Origin: Octopus bimaculoides
Lineage: Eukaryota
Direction of reading: 5' to 3'
Length of the DNA: 64,000 nt
Assembly (NCBI RefSeq): GCF_001194135.2
Contig: NC_068989.1
Location: 80,723,783-80,787,782, forward strand
Notes under the pieces: model-generated
Seen by the model: the letters and a program-made list of their open reading frames with translations, nothing else
What the model was told of the DNA's origin: nothing
Databases searched by the model: none
In this document: one piece after another, positions 37,511 through 49,598 of the stretch
Layout: the number at the start of each line of letters is the position of its first letter
How positions within the stretch are numbered: the stretch's first letter is position 1
Position numbers and translations under genes: made by a program

Positions 37511-38824
37511 ATCATTTTACAAATGATTTTCATTCTGACATAGGCTGAACAGGTTGTCACGCTCGGAGTCAGCTCTTATTCAGCTACCACCCTCCTGAGT
37601 TATTCAGAGGACAATATCTTGCTCATACATTTTGTTTTGACTATGTTTCTACAAGTGAATGCTATTCTTAACACTGCACATAACAGAATGCTGGTACCAT
37701 GATAAAATGTGATCTTTGTCATGGTACCAGCACAAAAGAGGTTGTCATACCCTCAGTCTGGTTAAAGAACCATTTTGATTTTTACCCTGTTTCTCTTCAT
37801 TCTACAACCACTTGCCAGTGTACTGCTCGGTGCATTTTATCTTAGCACCCACACTAATGAAATTGCTTTGTATCCTGCAAAACTAAAATATCCTCATTGA
37901 AGTATCCTCTATGTTGCCTTTGTTCATTTAGAAGCAATGTGACTATTGTTGTAGAAAAAAATCCTGACATTTCAGAGAGGAAAAATTATAAAAATAAAAG
38001 GAAAGCATTTTCTCTCTCAAACAAAAGGTCAAACACCAGCAAACTCTTCTTCCCTCAACATACAAAATAAGCCATCAAAATTTATAAACATTCCAACTAA
38101 GTTTTGTTTTACTTGCAAGTTACTCTTTTTTAAAAAGACCAGTGACATATTTACCACTTGTAAAATGTATGTGTAATAATCAGGCAACTGATTAATGAGA
38201 TCTGCTTGTGGTTTTAATCTTTTAAGTTAAAAATCTTGATTTAATGTCAACGAGAATACTGAGATTTCAGGACTGACTCAAGGAGAGAAAAAGAAAGATA
38301 AAACTTTTTTCTCTCGTACAAATGCAAAAGATGCACCCAGCTTCTTTCCGCAATCAAGAGCAAAAGGCATTACCTTGGTGTATAGCCTAATTTGCATATT
38401 TTTTTGCTTTTGACTTGTCGGCATTATCTTTTTTCTTCAATATAGGAGAACACGATTTTGCCCATAAAAGGACAATGAGCTGGCAGAAATGTTAGCACAC
38501 CAGGCGAAATGCTTAGCAGTATTTTGTCTGTCTTTACGTTCTGAGTTCAAACTCCGCTGAGGTCAACTTTGCCTTTCATCCTTTCAGGGTTGATAAATTA
38601 AGTACCAGTTACACATTGGGATCGATGTAATCGACTTAATCCCTTTGTCTGCCCTCGTTTGTCCCCTCTATGTTTAGCACCCCTGTACGCAATAAAGAAA
38701 TGAACGTTATCTTTTACTTGTTTTAGTCATTAGACTGGCCATGTTGTCTTCTTTTTTTTCTTTAGTGTGGAATGGGCATGAACGTAAATTTATACATAAA
38801 TATTTTTCTTTCTATCTTTTGTAG

Positions 38825-39379
38825 CTAATAGCCAGATTGCTTCAGAAGAAGAATTGGACAGTGTTATCAATCTATTGTCTGGTAGTGTGAACCTGTCCCA
38901 GCAACCAACAATGCATGTACCAAACCAACTACAGCTGTCTCCTTTACATCAATCTTCCACTACGGGAACGAGTAACTCTATGTTTAGCTCTTTGGTCAGC
39001 TCCCCTGATATGGACGATCCACAAAAATTTTACAAAGGCAACAACGCCCATCGGCGTTCTGAGGGCTCTTTGGATTTATCTGGAATGGCAAGTTTAGTAG
39101 GTGGCAGTAACAATGGTTGTATAGGTGGTGGTGGTAGTGGTGGTGGTGGTGGTAGTAGTAGTAGTGGTGGTGGTGGTGGTAATGGTGGTGGTGGTGGTGG
39201 TGTCAGAAGTGGTGGACGAAATACTTGGCCACACCCTGGTTACCACCATCGCTCAAGTTTGCCAGCTGGCCCGTTGGGCTCCCAAAATCTTCTGAACTAT
39301 GAGCAACGTGAGGATTATTCTCGGATGCTTCATTCAAACAATTCTTTGGATCAACGTAACCACATAAATGATGTTTACC
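38825..39379 (+). CDS. GARRE1: Third coding exon, 3' end lost in N gap 39380-39675; contains SEEELDSVINLLSG motif, poly-Gly tract and RNTWP motif
   Basis: Acceptor tctttttgtAG|CT completes the phase-1 codon TCT from exon 2 and is in frame with the 38854 ORF. ASEEELDSVINLLSG resembles recalled human PTDQEMQEVIDFLSG; RNTWP resembles RNNTWP. Confidence 0.82.
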
Positions 39380-40854
39380 NNNNNNNNNNNNNNNNNNNNN
39401 NNNNNNNNNNNNNNNNNNNNNNNNNNNNNNNNNNNNNNNNNNNNNNNNNNNNNNNNNNNNNNNNNNNNNNNNNNNNNNNNNNNNNNNNNNNNNNNNNNNN
39501 NNNNNNNNNNNNNNNNNNNNNNNNNNNNNNNNNNNNNNNNNNNNNNNNNNNNNNNNNNNNNNNNNNNNNNNNNNNNNNNNNNNNNNNNNNNNNNNNNNNN
39601 NNNNNNNNNNNNNNNNNNNNNNNNNNNNNNNNNNNNNNNNNNNNNNNNNNNNNNNNNNNNNNNNNNNNNNNNNNNTTCTTTATTTCTTTATTTATTTATT
39701 TATTTTTCTGCTCATATAAACTGTTGAATGTGCAATATTTACTTACTTGCATGAAAGATGGACTACAACTAAAATAAGAAAGCATCAGTTAATCTTAAGC
39801 TGTTTAGCCCCAGGTTGGTCTTGATCATCAACCCAACCATTGTCAAACATGTTCTGGCCATGAGTATCTTTTTTTTTTGTTTTTTTATTGCATTTTGTTT
39901 TTCAGACAACTTATTTATCTAGGACTACATTATGCAATGTATACTTTCATTAAAAAGAATTTTTTTTTTTTTCTTGTTAACATAGTAAGATGTGATTTAA
40001 AAGAAGATTTGGTTGTTATATCCAGCAACATGTACATTAGGAAATTTTGGAGTACATGTATGCTGAGAAAAATAAGGTATTTTTAATGTCTGATTCATGC
40101 AGCTTAATTTAAAATAAAAGGTTTGGCCCTTTTGTTACCATATTCCTGTGGAAAGATGTTACAGTTACTGCGGTTAATTTTGAAAACAATTGAGAATTTA
40201 GTTAGATAACTTTGTTGTTATCAAACAAGTATTTAAAGCATAAATCAACATAGAATTTTTATGGAAAGCATTAATTTTGATCGCTTTGAAACAGGGGTTG
40301 ATCTGAGGTGGGTTGGTCATATTGGCTTTTAAAACCGTTGTCAGTAGGTAGACGCAAATTAGAATGCAGGTGAAATTTTACCAGTAGGCAAAGAATTACT
40401 CATCTTTGAAACAAAAGTTCTTTCATTGGTTCATAGGTATTAAGTATTTTGGAGATGCTGGGTTGCTGACTGTTGTGGATCTGTAATATATACAATTGAG
40501 CACTGCCAGTTAAGAAAGTATTTGCTGATAACAAGCAGTACTAATGACATGGGCAGACTGAGGAAGTCACAAGAAGAAATTGTAGTTTCTAATCTATCTG
40601 TGTGGAAGCTTACAGATGACATAGGCACAATGAGGAGTGTTGATATGTCAAATTGCTTTGCCAATTAGCTCTTGGTCAGCCTGGTACGACACTAACACCA
40701 GAGAGGTAGTCGTGTTTTCAGCGTGACTGAAGGAACTTCACGACTCTAGTCTCTACTTGCTCATTGGCTTTTTTATCAGAAGAGCAGCAACAATAAATGA
40801 TGTTGCCTCTGTGTGTGTGTGTGTGTNNNNNNNNNNNNNNNNNNNNNNNNNNNN

Positions 40855-40891
<37 letters not shown>

Positions 40892-42354
40892 AAATAATGT
40901 TCATGTACTGGAAAAATATATCCATGAAATTCAAAGAAATATTCCTGATGAAATGAAATCATCACATTCAACTAATTTATGTATTAATTTTATTGTTGAT
41001 GATATTTTCACCTTAAGTCATGGAAACAGCTGTAGAGCGAAACAAATGAAATGTTTTGAAATATCATGGGAATCTTTTGTTTTCCATTCTTACGCATACA
41101 TGCATATCATGTTATAATTTGAAAAGTTACCATATAACAAGTCTCAGTTAAATAATTTTAACAATTACTTTCAAGTACAAACTAACCTATGAAGTCACTT
41201 TGCCATGTAAAATCCAGATCATATATTCTGTTTGCAATGGGAGTGAATATACAATCTATTTTCAGATCATTTTAAGAGTTTCTTCACACTATTTTGTTGT
41301 GCTTAGTCCAAGACTCTGCCAGATCATTCCAGGCAACGGTTCTCAAACTGTAAAATACCAAGTCCCTTCCTTACCTATATTAATGGAATTTGTTGCACCT
41401 CATTCCCCTCCATCCCTGCCGCTTTTATTTGTGAGAAAACATAATGGAATTTGCCTCTGAGTAATTCTTCTTTCTTTGCCATGGTGTTGGGAAAGAATTT
41501 AAGTTTGAAATAATTCAAGTTTAAAATAAAACCACTCTTAATTAATTGTGACAGATAGTCAGTGCCCTGCCTCCTCCCTTTCCATTCCTCACAACCCCAC
41601 TCCCACCTCCCACATGGCAAATAATGATTCAAGAGACTTTAATACTTAGAAAGTTCCTTTATTAAGCAATTGTTAACTACTAGAGAGCAGTTTTGTTGCT
41701 AAGCAAGCAAATGCTGTTGCTATTCTAGCAAATATTGTTGCAAAGCAAAAGAATGTTTTTTTGTTGTTGCTAAGCAAGGAATTATTATTGTTGCTAAGCT
41801 AATGAATGTTTTTTGTTTTATGTCTCTTTTTTGCTTTTTGTTTTTTCTTCCTGTCACTAAGCTAGGAATCATTGTGGTAAATGTCGTTGTTGTTGTTGTT
41901 GTTTGTGAAACTCAAAAAGAAAAAAATATCTAATTCCTTATGCGCTGTGGCAGTTTTATTGATGCCTCCCATGTTGGTTTATTGAATGATGCACACAAAA
42001 GAACTTGTCTCATTAACAATAAGTGTTGCTGTTATTACTATCTGTTCTTTAAGATTTGCATGTTATTAAGTGCAGTGTTTTACATCTACAACAATATATA
42101 TGGATTAATAGTTGAGATATGGATACGCAGGGGATAAATGGTGATATTTGGATGAACAAAACTAATATATATAAAATCCAAATTTTGGGTCATCCCTGGA
42201 AGACTTCACTATATGCACCTCCCTGTAAATTGGATGTTTGGCCTCTGCTCCCTCCCTGTCACATCTTTACCATCTTTCTTTCTTCTTTCTCCATCTGAGA
42301 TAGCCATGTTTATCTTCTAATGCAAGGTACCTTTTCTTATTTCTTTCTTGCCCA

Positions 42355-42575
42355 CACGGGGCTAAACATGGAGGGGACAAACAAGGATAGACAACGGGAT
42401 TAAGTTGATTACATCGAACCCAGTGCGTAACTGGTACTTATTTAATCGACCCCGAAAGGATGAAAGGCTAAGTCGACCTCGGCGGAATTTGAACTCAGAA
42501 CGTAGCGGCAGACGAAATACCGCTAAGCATTTCGTCCGGCATGCTAACGATTCTGCCAACTTGCCGCCTTCTGGT
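42355..42575 (-). mobile_element. SINE family B (MetaSINE-like core). Other copies: 16637-16850(+), 38470-38700(+), 44205-44410(-), 49800-50010(-), 61905-62090(-).
   Basis: Shared gagttcaaattccgccgaggtcgac...gcctttcatcctttcggggtcgat...taagtaccag. Meta-domain label is from recall. Confidence 0.75.
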
Positions 42576-43060
42576 ACTGCAAGGTACCTTTTCCGTCTCA
42601 CGGTATTACTCACTCCACCAAGGTGAAGGGTCTTGTCCTGCAAGTTACTTGGTGGCCTCACTGATGCTGGTGCTGTAAAGAGCACCCAGTACACTCTGTA
42701 AAGTGGTTGGCAGTAGTAAGGGCTGGAAGAAATGTGTCTAAGAAACCATACCAAAACACACAGCAGAGCTTGATGAAGTCTTTTGACTTGCTAGCTTTTG
42801 TCAAACTCCTGTCCATGCCCAGCATGGAAAATAGACATTTAAATGATGATGATGATGATGAGATAGGCTTAAAACAAAAAATAAGAAATCATACGAGTCT
42901 CTGGAAGCAATGTCAAAATTGAAATAAGGAAGCAATAAACTTGCTAATTTTGGCTCTAGGTCTGCAGTTTTGAGGGGGCGGTCAATTACATTGACCCCAT
43001 TTGCCTAACTAACTGACTCTGAAAGAATGAAAGACATTGCAGACCTTGGTGGAATTTTAA

Positions 43061-43271
43061 CCCTTTTCTTACAGTATTTATTTTGAGATGCTCTGTGTTT
43101 CTTTCAATTGCTTTAAATATAACAAAGAATTTAGTAAAATAATTCAGCTAGTTTTAGTTTTTAATTATCATTCAGCTAGGTTTGGTGGAAGATTTTTATT
43201 CAAAACTTATGAAAACAAGGCATTTGTACTCAGAGCCAGAACCGGTTTCAGCCGGGTTGGAAACGAAAGGG
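43061..43271. mobile_element. piggyBac-type MITE
   Basis: TTAA|cccttttcttac ... gaaacgaaaggg|TTAA. Confidence 0.7.
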
Positions 43272-43329
43272 TTAAACGTCTAGCTTAAAGAGCTAGAAGA
43301 AATGTGTCTAAGAATTTTGTCCCATGTGC

Positions 43330-43367
<38 letters not shown>

Positions 43368-44021
43368 TGTTAATTCAGTTGATATTTTCAATGTAGGAAA
43401 GACCAACTAAAAATATTGTTTCAAATTTTGGCACAAGGCCAGCAATTTCATTGAAGGGTTAAGTCAATAACATCAATCCCAGTACATTACTGGTACTTTT
43501 TCTAATGTCCCCCCACCCCACCCCACCCAGAATGAAAGGCAAGGTCAAGTTCAGCAGAATTTGAACTCAGAACATAAAGATGGAAGAAATGGTGTCCTGC
43601 ATTTTGCCCAGTGTGCCACCGATTTTGCTAGTTCACCACCAACTAAAAATATTAACCTGTAACTCGTACACCTGTTTTGAATTTTTATTTTTTCCAACAA
43701 TTGGTCATGCTCTTCTTTCCTTCCCCTTTGTATTGTGCACAGTTTTATTGACAAAAATTGCATCTTCAGTAGCTGGATATATATTTATACATTTTACTTT
43801 GCTTTATTTACACAGTTATAAGATACATATGTGTGTGTGTGTGTGAGCATGTGTGTGCCCAGAGAGACAGACAGACAGACATTCCAATAAACTATATGTT
43901 GATCAATGTTGTTGCTTAGTCAGCGTGTTAATAAATACATTCAACTCCCACACTTTGTGTTGAGTGCTATTTTCTTTCCTTTGTGCATCAACACACACAC
44001 ACGTCTTTTTTATTAATATTC

Positions 44022-44098
44022 AGCAGAATCTGCTGAGTGACTCAAGTACCAACACTGAAAACTCTTGGCCCTTCTTGAGTTATTCTCTAAATTCTGCT
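44022..44098 (+). ncRNA. Degenerate type-I hammerhead ribozyme-like motif (Penelope/retrozyme relic)
   Basis: CUGcUGA core, stem II GUG/CAC, GAAA, 5-bp stem III AACUC/GAGUU, UUA site, stem I AGCAGAAU/AUUCUGCU. Confidence 0.55.
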
Positions 44099-45053
44099 AA
44101 TAATTAATAAAAAAAAAAAAAGGAAATGTAGTACCTTATGTTTTGAGTTCTGTTTTCCAGTTTGCATTATCAAACAGACATACACATGTGTGTGTGTTAT
44201 TTCTTTAATACCCACAAGGGGGCTACACACAGAGGGGACAAACAAGGACAGACAAACGGATTAAGTCGATTATATCGACCCCAGTGCGTAACTGGTACTT
44301 ATTTGATTGACCCCGAAAGGATGAAAGGCAAAGTCGACCTCGGCGGAATTTGAACTCAGAACGTAGCGGCAGACGAAATACCGCTAAGTATTTCTGCCAG
44401 CTCGCCGCCACACGTGTGTGTATGTATGTGTGGTGTTAAGGACATTCAACTTTAAAAACCATGCCAAAGCAGACAGTGGAGCTTGGTGCAGTCCTGTGGT
44501 TTACCAGCTCTTATCAAACCATAACTGTCTAGCCAATGCCAGCATAGAAGACAGACATTAAACGATGATGATGATAATACACATGTATGTACATATATAT
44601 ATCTGTGAATGTGTGTGTATGTATGTATGTAATGTATGTATATAGCAGCAGCAGCTGTGTTGTTGGGATAGTCACTTCCCAACCATGTGGTTTCAGGAGC
44701 TGTTCCACTGCTGAGCACCTTGGGCAAGAGTCTTCAACTATAGCCCCAGTCAAACCAAACCCTTTGGTAGCCAGATAGTGAAATGTGTGCATATAAAACA
44801 TTCTATACATATATCAATACATACATACATACGTGTGTGTGTGTTTGTTTACATCTGCGCTCACTTATACAAAAGTGCAGCAGATGGTGGTTTTGTCATC
44901 TTGTCCTGTTAACAAATATTCTGAATAGCTTGTGCCATCAAAGCCTTGTAAAAATAAATAGGGAAGGAATTGCATCCAGCTGTAAAACAGTGTTTCAAAT
45001 AACACAGCCAAACCATACAAATAGGGAATATAGACAAAAAAGATTAACAAATA

Positions 45054-45108
<55 letters not shown>

Positions 45109-45785
45109 NNNNNNNNNNNNNNNNNNNNNNNNNNNNNNNNNNNNNNNNNNNNNNNNNNNNNNNNNNNNNNNNNNNNNNNNNNNNNNNNNNNNNNNNNNNN
45201 NNNNNNNNNNNNNNNNNNNNNNNNNNNNNNNNNNNNNNNNNNNNNNNNNNNNNNNNNNNNNNNNNNNNNNNNNNNNNNNNNNNNNNNNNNNNNNNNNNNN
45301 NNNNNNNNNNNNNNNNNNNNNNNNNNNNNNNNNNNNNNNNNNNNNNNNNNNNNNNNNNNNNNNNNNNNNNNNNNNNNNNNNNNNNNNNNNNNNNNNNNNN
45401 NNNNNNNNNNNNNNNNNNNNNNNNNNNNNNNNNNNNNNNNNNNNNNNNNNNNNNNNNNNNNNNNNNNNNNNNNNNNNNNNNNNNNNNNNNNNNNNNNNNN
45501 NNNNNNNNNNNNNNNNNNNNNNNNNNNNNNNNNNNNNNNNNNNNNNNNNNNNNNNNNNNNNNNNNNNNNNNNNNNNNNNNNNNNNNNNNNNNNNNNNNNN
45601 NNNNNNNNNNNNNNNNNNNNNNNNNNNNNNNNNNNNNNNNNNNNNNNNNNNNNNNNNNNNNNNNNNNNNNNNNNNNNNNNNNNNNNNNNNNNNNNNNNNN
45701 NNNNNNNNNNNNNNNNNNNNNNNNNNNNNNNNNNNNNNNNNNNNNNNNNNNNNNNNNNNNNNNNNNNNNNNNNNNNNNNNNNNNN
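45109..45785. other. Assembly gap (others at 7038, 9182, 10290, 28907, 33854, 39380, 40827, 63235, plus several 10-N joins)
   Basis: N runs, usually next to (TA)n. Confidence 1.
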
Positions 45786-46332
45786 TATGTATATACATAT
45801 ATATATACACACACACAAACATATATCATCATCATCATACGTCTGTTTTCCATACTGGCATGGTTGGACGGTTTGACAGGAGCTGGCAAGCCAAAGTGCT
45901 GCACCAGGCTCCATTTGTCAATTTTGGCGTGGTTTCTATAGTTGGATGCCCTTCCTAACACCAACCACTTTATAGAGTGTACTGGGTGCTTTTATATATG
46001 GCACCAGTGCTTTGTACATGGCACCAGTGCAGATGCTCTATACATGACACCAGCATACATACATATATATATTCTTTTACTTGTTTCAGTCATTCGACTG
46101 TGCTCATGCTGGAGCACCGCCTTTAGTCGAACAAATCAACTCCAGGACTTATTCTTTGTAAGCTTAGTACGTATTCTGTTGGTCTCTTTTGCCATACTGC
46201 TAAGTTATGGGGACGTAATCACACCAGCATCGGTTGTCAAGCAATGTTGGTGGGGGGTCAAACACACACACACATATATACTCAGAACTATGTGGTTGGT
46301 AAGCAAGCTACTTACCACAGCCACTCATGCGC

Positions 46333-46394
<62 letters not shown>

Positions 46395-46653
46395 CATACA
46401 TATACACAACAGACTTTCTGTTTCTGTCTACCAAATCCACTCACATGGCTTTGGTTGGCTTGGGGCTAGAGCTGAAGATGCTTAAAGTACCATGCAGTGG
46501 GAGCACAGACATGGAGGTGTGGTAAGAAGTTTACACATGTTTTTCGGGTTCAATCCCTCTGCATGGCACCTTGGGCCAACCAGAAGCTTACGAGCTGATT
46601 CGGTTGACGGAAACTGAAAGAAGCCTGTGATGTGTGTGTGTGTGTACACATGC

Positions 46654-46686
<33 letters not shown>

Positions 46687-48762
46687 CACTTACATGTGTA
46701 TAGATATGTGTGTATGTATAAATATATATCCACACACACATATATATTGTACTCAGGACATTGAGTAGTCCTTCGTTCCAGTTTGTGAATACATACATTC
46801 TTGTTCTGTTTAAATTTCATGTGACGGTACAAGTTATGAAATTTGAATTTGCTGGTTATAATTTGCTACTCTACTTTTAACGTCAACTACTCTCGTTCCC
46901 CTTTCTGCTCAATATGGTTGTCCTTGCTTTCAAATGTGTGCGTGTGTGTGATATTAGTATTCCTAAACACATATTTAGTAAAAACTAATAACTGGTTCAC
47001 TTATGGTATACCAATCCTGGTATTGCTTACTCACACATACACCTTTTGATTTACAAAAGGCAAAAAAAAGGACATTGTCTATTGCTAGGTTTTGTTTTTG
47101 ATTTTGATTTTTGTTTTCGGCAACAATGATTAGAATTTAAAGCTAATTTCTGCTAGTGACCATCTTACATACTAAAATCACTGAGATCCTTCTGTAATGA
47201 AATCATAAGTTTGTTTACCTGCACCCAATTAATACTGTTCCATTGTAAATAATCCTTTAGAGCCAGTTCCAAGCTTTCATTTTGATCAAAATTATTTGAA
47301 GTTTCTCAAGAACTATTGACAACTGTTCCTATTCCTGTGTGAGAGGCTTAATTTTTCACCTGGTGTTTAACAATACTACCTGGCTTTTAGGTGCCTTTAG
47401 CAGACTTCAATCTGTTGCAAGCATTCAAGACAGGTCTCTGATTTAAGGATAAGTCCCTTCTATCACAAAATAAGACAACTGGGCACAGCTGTTTGGACAC
47501 TAGAGATTTGGCACAACTGATTGGACATTGGTCATGTTTTGGCGAGAGTAGTTTTTGGCACTGGAGGGCACACACACACACACACACATGCAGAAATATA
47601 CACATACAGACAGAGGAGAAAGGGACATTACAATTTATTTATTGAACATGATTGACATCAACACATTCCCTCGCCTGATCAACATCTTCATTTATCATCT
47701 CCTTTCCATACTGGTGTGGGTTGGACAGTGTGATAGGAGATGGAAACCAGATGACTGCACCAGGCTCCATTGTCTGCTTTGGAAGTTTCTACAGCTAGAT
47801 GCCCTTCCTAACACCAACCATTTTACAGGGTGCATTAAGTGCTTTTTATGTGGCACCAGCATCTGTGGCGTCACCAATTAACTAGCAAGACAAAGACAGT
47901 TCAATAGGGGAGTGGTTTTGTGCCAGTTGGAAGGCTAAAGTTCCCATACACATAAGAAATAGGCTCAAACAGAGAGACTGGGATAGGACAAGAGAAATGT
48001 TAAAACGTCTGTCAAATAATTCAGCATCAATTCAACAATACCAAATAGGCAGGGCCAAAATGACTATCAAAATATCTCATACATTCTCAAGGCCCATATC
48101 AAAGAAGGTCAGAGATGCTTCTCCCCTCCCCCACTAATTAAGGTTCATTTATTTAATATCTGCTTTCTATACTGGCATGAGTTTGAATGAGAAATTATTT
48201 GAGGCAGGATTTTATGAGTGTCTCCCTGTCACTTGGCCTTATCAGTTTTTCAAGTAATTTGTTGGGTTTTTTTTCTTTTTGCATTTTTTTTCAAATGCCA
48301 GTTGTCTTCAAATGCACAAATCGACTGGTCATAAAGAATACCAAAATCTCTACCACTTCTCTGCTCAACCAATATCAAGCATGGATTATCAGCACTTAGT
48401 CATGCAGACGCACACACACACACACACACACATACATACATGCATTTGTATACTCATAACATGCTCCCTGCAGTTTCCATCTACCAAATCCAGTCACAAG
48501 GCATTTGGTCATCCTGGAGCTATAGCAGACGAAACACACTTGCCCAAGGTACCATGTAGTGATACCCAACCTGAAACCATGTGGTTGTAAAGCTAAATTC
48601 TTAAACTCTCGGTTATACGCATTAAAAGACAATCAGATGATCATCAGACAAATACTTAGGGGTACTTGGTTACATCTCTTTACATGCAAATCCCAACCAA
48701 AATGATAAAACAAGAACCTAATGTAATCAGCTATAAGCTAAAAGACACTATCCCAGAATACC

Positions 48763-48795
<33 letters not shown>

Positions 48796-48796
<1 letters not shown>

Positions 48797-48924
48797 CTTT
48801 AGCATGCTTAGGTGCATGATGTCACCATACGATTTTTCTCTCCTATAACTGCAGGCACATTGTGTCACATTGAGAGGGGAGAAAACTGGCATGGCAACAT
48901 GATGCGTCTACAGCATGCTAAAGG
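48796..48924. mobile_element. Short piggyBac-type MITE
   Basis: Perfect 13-bp TIR cctttagcatgct / agcatgctaaagg; TTAA on the 3' side only. Confidence 0.65.
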
Positions 48925-49160
48925 TTAACAGAAGACTAAAATATATACCTCCACATTCTTTGCTGAAATTTGTTTATAAAAGTGGATAGTTTTCTTTTTA
49001 GTGTTATTTGTAATTAATAACTTAGAAGCCAATTAACTGCCTCACTAACTAGAATTAACCTGTAACGATATGCAAATTTCTAATACCTAACCTCCTAAAA
49101 CAATTATAGATGCTAACAAAGTAGTGGTTTATTATTAATATTAACCATGTTCAAATCTCT

Positions 49161-49209
<49 letters not shown>

Positions 49210-49475
49210 CTTTGAATAAAAAAAAATACAAAGTTTCTATTGACTTTAAATTTAAAATCACTTCTCATTCTACCCTGACTTGTGTGAACCATATGTTCAT
49301 TCACCATAACAGTCTGCTTTAATAAAAAAAAAAAAAAAGAAAATTCTAAAGAATCAGCCACTTTTCTTTTCCTTCTTTTCTCCTTTATTTTCTTTTTTTC
49401 CACGTGGGTTTTACGGTAATGATTGATTGCTTGATAAACTTGATTTTATGGTGCTGTATTATTTCTCTGTTCTAG

Positions 49476-49598
49476 GTCAGATACAATGAACAGCAGCTGG
49501 TCTGGTGTCCAAGACTCCAGTGATTTTAGTGATGATTCATCAAGTGGGGAGCAGTTCTTTGCTGTTGGTCTTCACCTGGTTAATGCCATTGATTCTAA
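49476..49598 (+). CDS. GARRE1: Downstream coding exon (SDTMNSSWSGVQDSSDFSDDSSSGEQFFAVGLHLVNAIDS)
   Basis: Acceptor atttctctgttctAG at 49475 (alternative CAG at 49480); probable donor AA|GTACGG. Peptide resembles recalled human GGWSGAQGDSASSSDETSSANGDSLFSMFSGPDLVAAVK. Not in the ORF track in this frame. Confidence 0.72.

Noticed and set aside
39220-39240. RNTWP read as a FOXO Akt site (RxRSxTWP)
   Set aside because: No forkhead domain, and the other motifs match GARRE1.
40440-40670. Stretch open on both strands in the intron downstream of exon 3
   Set aside because: No convincing splice sites or homology.
44783-45964. Long ORFs of 275-391 aa, and similar ones at 9064, 28771, 33538, 63113
   Set aside because: Open only because they cross N gaps and (TA)n/(CA)n runs.
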